Shown here piece by piece: positions 1-11,700 of a DNA stretch of 64,000 nucleotides. The position numbers and the translations under genes were made by a program. The stretch is from Marsupella aquatica (taxonomy: Eukaryota; Plantae; Marchantiophyta). The notes beneath the pieces are model-generated. The model ran no database searches and was not told the DNA's origin. It worked only from the letters and a program-made list of their open reading frames with translations. The DNA lies in the NCBI GenBank assembly GCA_973895155.1, contig OZ316891.1, forward strand, positions 18,560,948 through 18,624,947. Reading direction: 5' to 3'. How positions within the stretch are numbered: the first letter of the stretch is position 1; every line of letters begins with the position of its first letter.

Positions 1-489
1 TATATCCGTAATCTGAAGTACTAAGTCCTGCCTACTCTTTACTCCTGTGTTTATTCTACAGAATTTTGACGTTTGTCTGTGAACTTCGCTGACTACTTCC
101 TAAAATTTGTGGCGAATAGCCCACGCAGCTCCTAGGCCTTTTGCACATTGATTAGTTTCATGCTCAGTGAAGTCTTCCTTACAAGACATCTATGTGCCAA
201 GGAGTAAGTTCTGAAGTTGTCAGTTGGAGAACATCATATTTGCGCACTGGCAACCACGCAAAAAGCGAATTAGATTCCCCAAACCCCTGCAGTTGAGTGT
301 ATATCTGTTGATAATGTTTCCGATCTTCAGCTAAATTCAGACTGGACCATTTTGGAGTGTTTCGCCACAAATACACATGCACATCTCTTGCCAAGGCCAA
401 CTCCTGCAACACTGGTTGCAGTTTGTTGCTTATAAACATATCTGCAAGGAAACCACTATTATTGCCGTTGAAGCAATCACAAAACAACG

Positions 490-1036
490 TCGAGTATTCG
501 GGGTTAAAGAAACTTCTATGAGGTAAATCATCAAGAAGGATGGTGTTGCTGTCATTATAAGGTGCGCTTGTCCGATCTCAATTTAAAACGAGGTCATCCC
601 AAATATTTTTCAGTAATTTCACAAAGCAATTTTTCCCTTTGTTTCTTCTAGCCCCATAAAATATCCCAGTTGACAAGGCTTCTGCTTCAGTTCTCACAAA
701 GACAAATTGATGCTTCTCGTTGGGAAACACTTTCTCCAAAATCTCATGCACATTATGATATACGGCACAGACCCATATCCCCACATCAAATGTCTAAAGA
801 CACCATTCAACGAAGCGCCGCATTCCCGGTCTTACATAGATGATTCTATTCTTTAGAAACAATGTCTCCCCATTTTCAGTATTTATATCCCTAAGAGACT
901 TTGCTTGCACTCCCGATATTTGCACAATATGTAAGAGAACATTCATGTCAAGTACGACTAGTTTACGAGGAACGGTGTTTTGTATAATAGTTGCCATATC
1001 GTATGTTACAATATCTGCAGAGTGACAATTTAACAA
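490..1036 (-). pseudogene. FCP1/NIF-like HAD-family phosphatase domain, disrupted by stops
   Basis: KLVVLDMNVLL, IYVRPGMRRFVEWCL, GIWVCA, KLLKNIWD and downstream NTILLDD..RSFFNPE match the NIF/FCP1 motif order. Split across ORFs 794-1036 and 578-784. Confidence 0.7.
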
Positions 1037-1143
1037 TAAATATCAATATTGTAAAGTCCATGCAAGAGCGTAACATCAATTACAACGCATTGCAGCGTAT
1101 GGAAATCTAACAATAACCTATTCCACACGAGAATCACGTAGAT

Positions 1144-2649
1144 CTAACTCAAATGGTGATGATAAAGGCTTAGAACAATATTCCTCCTTTCAGCATCCAT
1201 GTCCTCGGCTTTGAAATCAATAGGCTTCTCCCTACTCTGGTAATTGGCAAATTTCATGACAAATACTCTGCAGTTGTAGTCATCGGTTTGAAGAGGGATG
1301 TCTTTACAACAGTTTCTCGGCCATGACAAAGCATTCAGTTCCTTATGAGTTCTGAACATGGCTTCATCATCTAGATATCTTGCTAGGTTCTCAAGAACTT
1401 CAGGGTTATCTTCGTGCAAAGAATCCAAATAGTCCAGTTTCCTAAGACCCATGTCGATGACGACCAGTGCCCAATGGTTATGTCCCTCATGAATAGGGAC
1501 CATGACCATCTCTACATCAGTTAAAAAGTACTCCAACTTCGAGGTCCAAGTTTGAACATCGTCATACTTATATCCACCTCGCGCAAGTTCCGAATAGAAC
1601 CAAGTATCAAAAATATGAACCTGCGGGAGGTCGGTACCAGCGGATTCTACTCTCGAAGCAATCAGACCAAAATAAGCATTCAGAATTTCAGAAGTTATCC
1701 ATCGCTCGGGACCTAGACATGCCATCTCGTGACGAGTTATGATGCATCCACTGATTGTCGACAAAACTAAATCCTGATCCATGTCAGGGTTGAGGCAAAA
1801 GTCTATCGCCACATCATCGTTCAAGTTGAGAGAAGTGGGAAAGAGTGAATTGGCACCTGCCTCATTCGCAGGCTCCACTGCAAGTTCCACAACAACATTA
1901 TCGACATGTCCAATGACGGGCTCGACCTCGCATGGACCCCGATTTTCTGCCCAAGTGTGGGGAGGGGATGGATTGATGATGTTAACGGCCTCTTGAATTC
2001 CAGTGACAACCCGAAGGTACTCGGAAGGATCCTCAGACACAACCAGTGCAATATCATTTACAATTGAGTCCACCTCGCCAAACGACCCCACACGAGGCTC
2101 GCGTAGAGATAGAGGTATCCCACCGTCATTGTGTTCTTCCTCCACAAGAGGTCCTTTGGAACTCCCTAAGTGGTGGATCGGTCTTTGCGCCTCACCAAAT
2201 TCCCATGGACGGCGAATCTGTTCCCCAACATTAATCATTCCAACACAAGGATCAGAAAATCTGTTATCGTCTTGATGGGAGACTGTTCCAGTGACATGAT
2301 AGTGCCTCTCTTCCTTTGCGCCACTTGCATTTGAGTTTTGCGTTGAGCTGCCCTCCCCTCCTGGAAGTTTCCATAAGGATTTTGCGAATTGTGTGACACC
2401 CTCCAACAACTTGAGATTCTCCGCATAAGCCGTGAGGTCCATCACATCCCCCCTTTCCGAACAAAAAGAGAAACATTCCCTTTCTAGAAGAAGGGCATTC
2501 TTTAAAACTTGCCCACCAATAAAGAAGTCCAACACAATTTCCTCCTTCTCGGAAATTCGAAGAATGATTGCCTTGATAATTCTGCTGGGCTTAATGTTTG
2601 ATGTAAATGTTTTGCCACCGGGGGTCCGGAAAGGAATGAGTCTATACAA
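1144..2649 (-). CDS. Ubiquitin-like domain + Ulp1/C48 SUMO-type protease (TE cargo)
   Basis: C-terminal WITSEILNAY, IFDTWFY, VPIHEGHNHWALVVID and PLQTDDYNC provide the H-D-Q-C catalytic residues. N-terminal FRTPGGKTFTSNIKPSRIIKAIILRISEKEEI resembles ubiquitin. Confidence 0.85.
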   Translation of the reverse strand: MYRLIPFRTPGGKTFTSNIKPSRIIKAIILRISEKEEIVLDFFIGGQVLKNALLLERECFSFCSERGDVMDLTAYAENLKLLEGVTQFAKSLWKLPGGEGSSTQNSNASGAKEERHYHVTGTVSHQDDNRFSDPCVGMINVGEQIRRPWEFGEAQRPIHHLGSSKGPLVEEEHNDGGIPLSLREPRVGSFGEVDSIVNDIALVVSEDPSEYLRVVTGIQEAVNIINPSPPHTWAENRGPCEVEPVIGHVDNVVVELAVEPANEAGANSLFPTSLNLNDDVAIDFCLNPDMDQDLVLSTISGCIITRHEMACLGPERWITSEILNAYFGLIASRVESAGTDLPQVHIFDTWFYSELARGGYKYDDVQTWTSKLEYFLTDVEMVMVPIHEGHNHWALVVIDMGLRKLDYLDSLHEDNPEVLENLARYLDDEAMFRTHKELNALSWPRNCCKDIPLQTDDYNCRVFVMKFANYQSREKPIDFKAEDMDAERRNIVLSLYHHHLS

Positions 2650-2793
2650 GCGATCTCCAAGAGCGGATTTTTGCTTTGCTGCAACCTCTTCCTAGGAAAG
2701 GCCAGCATAATCTTCTTTGGCTGGTCTTGCCAGTTCAAGCTAATCCATGGATTCCGCCAAGAAATGACCTTGAAACCCTCTGAAATGTTTTTC

Positions 2794-4288
2794 CTAATCC
2801 GGTTCTTGTTCCTGGGAGACTCCAAGGAAAACAAGGGACTCAATAATATCCGACATGAAATGCGATGAGCGGACTTCTTTCGCACTCTTCCAATAGCTTC
2901 CATACTCCAGATGAGCATTATAATTGGAAGGTAGATCAGTGACAGCTTCAATAATTCTAGCCAGCAAGAGACCTGAGTGCACAAAAAACACGACAGTCAC
3001 CAAGTCGTTGGCGGGGACATTCACGACAGTCTTCAAGAAATTCAGCAGCTCTAATTGTGTCCAAGTATTTTGAATTGAGTGTGTCATATCGACAATAGCA
3101 AGGGATGCATTAATCCTCTCCCTACAACTCATCGAATCAAAAGGAGGCTCCGCGGAAGCAAGAAGATTCCTAGAGTAAAATATTTGATATGGATCCATTC
3201 TCTCGCGGACAGTTCCCCCAAATTTCTTTTGGTAAATATTCCGTAACCTATTCTTCAAAGGTTCCAGCATATTGGATTTTGCAGAGACCTTGACTAATTA
3301 AACTCTTGAAATAAGCATTGTCAACCATTGAGCAACATCGATCCAATTCTTCATTCGTGAAATTAAACTCGCGGACCACGTCCGACCAAACGGCCCCAAC
3401 ATTGAAAAAACTTTCATAGGTCTCGCGGTAGAACCGCAAGATTGCACCTTTCAACTTTTCAGTATACTTGGCTTTCATGGCAAGATGGGACATTGAAGGT
3501 ATATCTGTCCTTGCATGTCTTCTCTTCATCAAGAGAACCTCTCCCGATTAAACTTTATTCAAGATAGAGGTAATGTCAGATTCTTGCGCCCCCTCAAATA
3601 CCCTGAATGTCATCCTAGTAAGCTACTTTGCTTCCCTCTTCTTCCCAGTCATATCTCCATTGTTGTCAAGTAAACTACCGGACAACCAACTATTGCAGAT
3701 TGACATCCACAACTTATAGAGGCTCTCCGATGCAAAAAGGATCCAGTTGTATTTGCTGATGCTACTCACTTTCAGTGTGACTTTGGCCACCCTTCGTAAT
3801 CTTGAAACCCAACAACAAATGGTAAGAACAACACAGTAAACCAAACCTTTGGAGAAGGTATCTTAGAGCCAAGCCTCGGATTCTACACGAGGCTCGTGTA
3901 GACCACAAAAGAAATTATAGTGTCAACAAGAACGGACCTGGAATTCCTGGGATTTTTGCCCTGACGGCACTGGCCGCACTGGTCGATTCATTTCTGAATA
4001 TTGCATTCTCACATGCCTGACCTGGTCGATGAATGGTGATGAGAAACAATGTGCTTCAGCTTGCAAGTTTTTTGCATGTGAAATTGACCCCTTGAGAATT
4101 CTTGCACGACGGAATTTGAGAAGGTTGGCCGTTTCAACCAGAGATGGTTGTGTCCAAGAACTCCAAATGATTTTCCTCGCGGCCATAGTTGAGTGTTGAC
4201 CACTTATTGCAAAATATTGATACTCGGATAATTGTTTAGAATCAAAATCTCTGACGGAAAGATCGATAAGTGTCATTTGCCTATCCAA
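2794..4288 (-). pseudogene. C-terminal part of a ParB/Srx-like protein with a degenerate MTase-like segment (outer transposon cargo)
   Basis: YFAISGQHS resembles the ParB/Srx GxHR-type motif. SLAIVDMTH..TWTQLELLNF..VVFFVHS aligns by eye with TLALVDIPY..GWGTEEITKM..IIIHHS at 37.8-38.1 kb. The ORFs are fragmented. Confidence 0.55.
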
Positions 4289-5419
4289 CGATTAATACGT
4301 GCAAACCGTACTTTCTTTGCTTAAAACGTTGGTATCGTGTTACGGGGTCGTGGACGCTATTTGGAGGATTTCCACACCTAAGGATGAGTATGTTTGATTC
4401 CGCTCCCGGAAGGATATTTTTTGATCAAGTCTACTGACTGGTCTCTCCGTTTTTTATCAAGTCCAAGGGACTGGTCCTACCTTCTACAACTCATGCCCAC
4501 CGGGTGAGTGCTGTCATCACCCCCTCTCATGGGCAAGCATACAAACATTTACTATAAGATTTGAACACTAGTGACAAGGGGAAAATGTTTCCACAACGGA
4601 ACCGACCACATGCACTAGGGGAGGAAAACAAACAACACAAGCAACAATAAGTGACACAAAATATTGGAACCTCAAGCCAAATCCATATCTCTTGGTGTTT
4701 CTCGTAACACATGCAAGGGCAACCCGGCCTCCTGCCGTCTGCCCAACTCCTGCCTCCCTGGGACAAGAGCTACGTTCTCCACCTCACTACTCTGGCTTGA
4801 ACTTCTCCTAATCAGTGCGCTACTCACAAAAGCTACTCAAAGCACTACGCTGAGTTTTCCCCCCCACTACTACGGGGCTCTCCCCCTAAATACTCAAAAC
4901 AACACACCATTGAAAGCACCCCTCACGGGGTCACAAGGATGGCGGCTACCCTAGCGGCGCCGCTAAACTCTTCACTAAGGAACCCCTAAACTAAAAGCAT
5001 GCGGCACACACCTGCTTCTAAAACCCTAAACCCTAAACTAACAATGGGGCCGACGGTGCCTTCGATGGCGCCCCAACATTACTCCATGAATCGTGAAATT
5101 GCAAGGAACCCCATAATGGCCGAAACTAGGTGCCCTTCCACTTGCACCTCTGAGTTCACCCTGGAGATCCCTCCTCCTCCTGATCATGAATCACTCAACC
5201 GCTCTTGAAACGGACATCGGACGACCAAGTTATGGTTGTTTTAGTATCCCATAAACCCAACTTTGTCGGGCCCTAACTTGCTCATCCTGGCTCCGTTTGA
5301 GGAGCGCTGCCTCTTGTTGGACTCAGCTCCGCAAGCTCTTTCCAACAAGCCCGTGAGTGACCCCTCACAAAAAAAATTGGAAAGTCAAGGGGCCGTACAA
5401 CCACATCGATACGACCACT

Positions 5420-7090
5420 CTAATCCTCCTCCTCTTCACTCACGGTACCCTGGCTTGAGCCCCGTGAGTGGGCCTCCTCATCACTCTCCACTGGAGTGAG
5501 TGCCACTTCACTCCTCTTCTTCTTCATCGGGGTACTCCTTGTGCTAGTGCTCCCCTGCTTCCTCAAATTGGCCAAGGCTTGCCACGCCTTGATGTACCCC
5601 TCACCAATGGTGTCCTTCCATAAGGCCGCCTCTTCACCGGATTGCAACTCCAACAGTAAAACCTGCCCGGTGGCCATGGGAGTCCCAGGGGTGACAGATC
5701 GGGGTGGCATCCCCGGGGTCCCCATGTTGACATGAGCCTCTCGTAACGATTTACGTACCTCCCTGAGCTTCTTCTCTAAGCTCTTGCTCTTCTCTTGACT
5801 CTTCTTGGCTGCATCCAAGAGGGGTCCATACTTTCCACTGACTTCCTTCACCACCATCTCAATGGCCCTGGAGATCAAATCCGGGGAAAGTGTGGAGCTA
5901 GGTGTGCAGGGGCTCTTCCGTTTCCCCAGACTCAAGGCCTCACTCCTCTTAGCCCTTGTCTCAAAGATCACCATTTGACCCCGTAGTGCTCCCACCTGAG
6001 CTCTTAACTCCACCACTTCTCCAGAATTCTGCTTCTCTTTGGCCAATGCCTGTTTCAATACTTCAACCTCTTCCGCTTCCTTGGCCTTGGTGGACAAGGC
6101 TCCTTTCAAGTTGGAGATCTCTACGTGAGCTGCTTGGAGAAGCTTAACCTTCTCATGCATGGCCTCCTCCTTGGCCTTGATCACCTCCTTCATAGACAGG
6201 GCATTCTGCTCCAGAGTCTCTACTCTAGCGGTGGCCTGCTTGAGAGAATCTCTCAATGCGTGGACTAGCTTGAGTCCCTCATGGACTCCCTCCCGGAAAT
6301 CCCGTAATTCCGCCAGGTAGACATCAGGAATGTCGTAGACCAGGGGCTCCTTCAGATCTCCCACAAGTGATTCAAGCCACTCCAATGTGGAGTCCTCATC
6401 CTGGTTTTCTTCCTCTCTATTATCATCCCCAACCGCCGACGATGATCCCTCCGTTAGTTTCCTCAAGATGGTAGTGGCAATACTCCTGATTTCCGTGGTA
6501 AGGGATGATCTTGAGTCTTCGTTTCCCGGGGGAACACTCCACCCTTCTGCTCTGGCCAGCAAAAATGACCCCATCAAATGTACAACCCCACCTGGTTTCA
6601 TACTCCCGGAATCGGCATCCAATAGCTTCTTCAACCCGTAGTACCACCATCCGTACACATGGGTTGGATAGTTCTTGATGTCCATAGCTACCATGAAATG
6701 CTTTCCATTCACCACCCCGGATTGCACGTTACCAAGGACCCGTTGATGAACCTTGGCCAGAAATCCCTTGTGCTCAGCATCCTTGACGGCGGAAAGAGGA
6801 ATGGAAGTAGTGGAGGTGGGATTAATCACCCAACCGGCCACCATTGTCAACGTGAGCTCTCCCCTTATGTTCTGAGGCATGAATGAGAATTGCTGGTTCT
6901 CCAGAAATAGAAGCTTAGCTAACTCCATATGGGGCACTACCCATTGGAGACATTCAAAGTAGATTCCTTCCGTACGTAACTCCATCCCGGCCTCAATGTT
7001 CCAACTCTTCCCCGAAGGGATTGTAATCTCCACCTTCATGAACTCCGTGAGCCCGGTGGCTTGAAAAATATTCCTACAATCCTCCATCAC
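5420..7090 (-). CDS. LTR-encoded 556-aa protein, PMD/Athila-ORF1-like N-terminus plus long coiled coil
   Basis: Uninterrupted ORF inside the LTR with a heptad-rich, K/E-rich C-terminal half. FQATGLTEFMKV resembles FMAGSGLETFVRL in the solo-LTR ORF at 26.8-27.8 kb. Domain identity is tentative. Confidence 0.6.
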   Translation of the reverse strand: MMEDCRNIFQATGLTEFMKVEITIPSGKSWNIEAGMELRTEGIYFECLQWVVPHMELAKLLFLENQQFSFMPQNIRGELTLTMVAGWVINPTSTTSIPLSAVKDAEHKGFLAKVHQRVLGNVQSGVVNGKHFMVAMDIKNYPTHVYGWWYYGLKKLLDADSGSMKPGGVVHLMGSFLLARAEGWSVPPGNEDSRSSLTTEIRSIATTILRKLTEGSSSAVGDDNREEENQDEDSTLEWLESLVGDLKEPLVYDIPDVYLAELRDFREGVHEGLKLVHALRDSLKQATARVETLEQNALSMKEVIKAKEEAMHEKVKLLQAAHVEISNLKGALSTKAKEAEEVEVLKQALAKEKQNSGEVVELRAQVGALRGQMVIFETRAKRSEALSLGKRKSPCTPSSTLSPDLISRAIEMVVKEVSGKYGPLLDAAKKSQEKSKSLEKKLREVRKSLREAHVNMGTPGMPPRSVTPGTPMATGQVLLLELQSGEEAALWKDTIGEGYIKAWQALANLRKQGSTSTRSTPMKKKRSEVALTPVESDEEAHSRGSSQGTVSEEEED

Positions 7091-8079
7091 CTTGGCGGAG
7101 GTTTTGGGATAAATTTGACGGAAACATTCCTACTCACCGGTGCGGAACTTGCCGCCAGTCCAGTACTCATCACAACTTCTCTCTCTTCTCTCTCTCTTGC
7201 AATCAATGTCTCAACGTAGTCACGGTAAGCAGCCTTGTATCTTCGAATGCGTGCCGCACTAAACTCCGGTTGATTCCGCATCCATGCATCCAGAAATCAA
7301 ATCTTCAATCACCAAATCCCATCACCCGTAGCAATGTCAATTCCCTGGCCCGAAATGGCCCCCGTATCCCGATCAATCAATTACCCTCAATTCCCTCAGA
7401 AGCCACTCAATGCCGTCGCCTCTAATGCCCAAAAAGAATGTGAGCCCCCAAGCTCTCCCAATCCACCATGAGAGAGCTTGCAAGAGAGAGAGCTTTCGGA
7501 AATGGGAGCAAAGTGCTTTCGGCAAAGGGCGGAGTCGCGTAGAAAGTAGGGAAGGAGAAAAGAAAGGAAAATGGCTAATACAAGGGAAAGGGAAGGGAAC
7601 CCCTCCCGTGTATTTTTTTCCTCCTGGCTCCTTGGCTTTCGCCATGCGCCCCGGCTCGCAGCCCTATGAAGGGCTCACGCATGCCGACACGCGGCCCTCC
7701 TCACCTCCAACTCACGGGCCCCAAATGCATGCGGCCCTATGCAGGGTGCGCCCGGTCCTGCTTCCTCCTCACAAGAGGGTTTAATACCCCCCCACCCTCT
7801 CACCCCTCCTTTGGGCCCGGCTCGCGAGAGCTTTCCCCCCTTCCCATGACCTTTTCCTCCTGGCACCGGCTGCGGTGCATCCCGGCTTGCCTCTCGCCCT
7901 GGTAGCACCACCTGGGCTCGCCCACTCGCGCTCCTGTTGGGGGGTTTAACCCCTCCCCCTTTTTTTCTTCTCCCTTTACTCCTTCCCCTACCTGCTGCCG
8001 TGTGCCTCCAGCGCCCATCCCTGCATCCTCCCCGGCTCCCATCGTACGCCCAGCTCTTGGTATGCTCCTATCTTCTGGC

Positions 8080-8565
8080 CATGGTACCCTCCTGTCTTCT
8101 GGCCACGGTACCCTCCTTGGTACCCCCGGCTCCTGCTGCCCGCGGTACCCTCCTCGGTCACGGTACCCTCCTGCCCTCCAGCTTCCCTCTTGCCTCGGTA
8201 CCCCCGGGCCATGGTACCCTTGGTACCCCCGGTACGCCTCCGGCCATGGTACCCTCCACTCACGGTACCCCCTGGCTCCTGGCCACGGTACCCCCGGTAC
8301 CCCTGCCTCCTCAATGGAGGTCAAGGTACCCCCCGGCTTGGTACCCTTGGCACCCTCGGCTCCTGCTGCCCGCGGTACCCTCGCGGTACCCCCGGCTCCT
8401 CCCTGCTCATGGTACCCTCCTGCTCGTGGTACCCCCTGTTCGCCCTGCCTTGGCTCGCGGTACCCCCGGTACCCTCTTGTCTTCTGGCTCGCGGTACCCC
8501 TGCCTTGGCTCGTGGTACCCCAAGTACCCTCCTGTCTTCTGGCTCGCGGTACCCCCGGTACCCCT
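8080..8565. repeat. GGTACC-core GC-rich minisatellite in the LTR U3 region
   Basis: More than 20 GGTACC cores in variable units such as CTGGCTCGCGGTACCCCC. A second array lies at 13400-13660. Confidence 0.9.
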
Positions 8566-8773
8566 GCCTTGTTCTCCCACAAGACCCAAGAGAGCAAAGG
8601 GTGAATTAAAAAATTAGTTCCTCCCGGGTTCAAATAGCTCCGGCCCCTCCAAAGCCACATGAACACCCACCGGGCTGAGTAACTTTTAAGAAAATAAAGA
8701 ATTTAAAAAAAAAACTTGTATATCTTGGCTTATTTATTTACATGCATCATGCCAATAACACCTAACGGTGACT

Positions 8774-11700
8774 TTATGTGATGGGGACCCCGTCACATAG
8801 CTCCTCTCTTAATTGCGAAGCGCCCCCGCGAGCACCATACTCCTCCTTAGCATAATACTTCTTTAGGCGTTCTTGATTAATCCGTGTGTTGAGTAGTTGC
8901 CCTTCCAGCGTTTTGAGCTGAACCAATCCGTTGGAGTAGACCACATCCACAAGGTAGGGCCCCATCCAACGTGTATGTAGCTTCCCCGGGAAATGCATGA
9001 AACGACTGTCGTAGAGGAGCACCAAATCTCCCTCCTCAATGGACACACGGCGTCGGGAATCGTAATGCAACTTCCGTTTGCCTTGTTGTTGCTCCGTGTG
9101 CGCCAGAGCCTCCTCTCGTACTTCCGTAAGTTGCTCTAATTGTTGGAGTCGTGCAGCGACACTATTTTCTTGCCCTTCCCTTTCCTGTGTCAGGATTCGA
9201 ATGGTGGGCACCTCAAATTCCACCGGCACCAAAGAATGTTGACCAAACACAAGGGAATAGGGGCTGTGGCCAGTGGTGGTCTTGTGAGCCAGGTTGTAGG
9301 CGTAAGTGGCAGCTAGCAACTTCAAATCCCAATCTGTTTTGTGAGCTGACACCGTCTTGTTGAGAATCTTGCCCATGATCCCGTTTGCTCTCTCAGTAAG
9401 CCCGTTGGCTCGTGGATGGTAACGGGTTGTCTTCCTATGGGAGACCAAGTAGTTCTCCATTAGACGCTCAATTGTATGATTGAGAAAATTAGTACCCCTA
9501 TCACTTACCAGCTCCAAGGGCCCTGGGCCCCCACTCTTAGGTAAAATGGGTCGGACGTGAGAATGATTCAAGGGTCGATTTAATTCATGTTGAAGTAATT
9601 TTTAGAATTGGCTTGTAACTAAGCAACCCACTCTTTTATACAAATGTCACTTTCCAAATAAGGAAGAGCACTTGATATTCCGCTCCCATTTGTTTTTGGG
9701 AAGGGGGTATATAATCATCTCCGCCACACGGCATCATCTTAGTGGTACACGTGGCATCATCTATAGGTACACATGTCTATGCCTTTTGGTATGCCGTTGT
9801 AAGTTGTGGCGGGGTTGTGGGGTTTAGGGTGGGTGTTTTGAACTACCCTGTGAGGAAACACATGGGGCAAATCCCTGCCCATTGGATCCGAGGGAGGGAA
9901 GATCTTTGAACAAAGAAAATGTAACTAATGAAGCCTATATAAAAATCCTCAAATCTGGATTTTATAATTATCTCAAGGATATTAAGTATTGTCAAAATAT
10001 ATTTTTGTCTAAATAACAAGGCAAATTTTTATTGTTTAAAAAATAATAACAAGGGGTACTAGAGGGGGGTCTGTTCACAGGGGGGTAGAGATTTCTTAGT
10101 GGGAGTGGGGGCCCAGGGTCCAAGGGTGGGCCGAACCGTGTAAAAATCTGCTCATACAAAAACCGTGCTGTTGTGTTGGCATCATCTTTTGCAGTTGCTC
10201 GGGCCTCCACCCACTTGGTAGCATAGTCCGTAGCTAGGATGATATACCTCTTCCTTCCCCTCTGTGTGATGGGAGTGAACGGACCAATGAAGTCCACTCC
10301 CCACTTCTCAAATGGGGCAAGAGGGAGGATTGGCACCAATGGATGTCGTGAGGAGGGGCCAGGTTTCCCTTGGCGTTGGCAGGGGTCACATCTCTGGATG
10401 TACCGGTGCCGGGACCGGTGCACATCCCGAAAAAGAGTTGGCCACCAATATCCCGCATCCAGTATCTTTCTAGCAGTTGTCTCCCGAGCAAAGTGACCTC
10501 CTGCTTCCTCCTCATGTAGTGCTACCATGATGGTACGTATCTCAGCTTCCTCCAAACAACGACGAAATCGGCCATCCATGCCGTACTTGTGTAGTACTCC
10601 TTTCACAAGCAAGTAGGGACCCGTCTTACATAAAAATACTGCTGCACGTTCCGGATCTAACCGTAATGGAACCTTAGCTATACGGAGAAATTCAAAAATT
10701 TCTTCATACCAAGTAATGGCCTCCGTAGTCACCCTGAAGACTTCTTCATCGGGAAAACGATCATCAATCTCTTGAGAGTCAGATGCTCCCTCAATACATG
10801 AGAAGAAGTTAGCATTGCTGTGACTCTTCCCGGATCTCACCCTCACCTCATAGTTGAACTCCTGCAATAATAGGACCCAACGTGCAATTCTCCCCGACAA
10901 GTCTGGCTTGTTGACCATGTACTTCAAACTATTGTGATCCGTGTGGAACACAACCTTGTAACCCAACAAATAATGATGATACTTCTTACAAGCATAAATG
11001 ATACCAAGAGCCTCCCTATCGGTGGGTGAGTAGTTTTTCTCTGCCGGGGCCAACTACCTACTGGCAAAGTAGATGGGATGATCCCTCCCATCATCATCCA
11101 ACTGACTCAAGACGGTACCGATGCAAAACCCTGATACGTCCACGTAAACATGGAACTCCTTATTCCAATTAGGCGTAATGAGTACGGGAGCCTCTAGCAA
11201 ACGTTTCTTCAATTCATCAAAAGTAGCTTGTCGGGAAGGAGTAGGTTCAAATTCACTTCCCTTCTTCAACATGGATGTGAGTGACATGGCTACCTTGGCA
11301 AAGTCATGAGTCGTTGAATCATGCCAGGGGCATTGCACAACCCAAAAGGCATTCGACGGAATGCAAAAATCCCCCACTCCGTGGTGAAAGCCGTCTTGAG
11401 TTGATCCTCCTCTCGTATCCAGATTTGATTGTATCCAGAGTAGCCATCTAGGAAGCTGTAAATCTCCCAACCAGCCACCATATCCAACACAATATCAGTA
11501 AACGGCAACGGGTAGTGATCCTTCTTGGTGGCCTCATTCAACTTCCAAAAATCTTGACACACCCGTATTTTCACCTTCCCGTCCGGCCCCTTCTTCTTGG
11601 GCACTATCACGATGGGTGATACCCACTCACTATGCACAACCGGATAAATGAATCCTGCATCTAACAGACGGTCAATCTCCTCCTTCACCATGAGTGAGTA

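Larger units (their letters stand above)
4338..8797 (-). repeat. Giant 3' LTR (4460 bp)
   Basis: Ends TGTTACGGGGTC...GACCCCGTCACA (TG..CA inverted ends). A - strand polypurine tract AAGAGAGGAGCTA abuts it at ~8798-8810. Its ~8290-8782 portion is repeated at 13399-13872. Confidence 0.8.

Noticed and set aside
4975-5040. AAACCCTAA motifs as a telomere
   Set aside because: Only a few scattered telo-box-like copies inside an LTR.
7800-8666. Multiple long overlapping ORFs on both strands
   Set aside because: Artefacts of the GC-rich GGTACC minisatellite; low-complexity translations.
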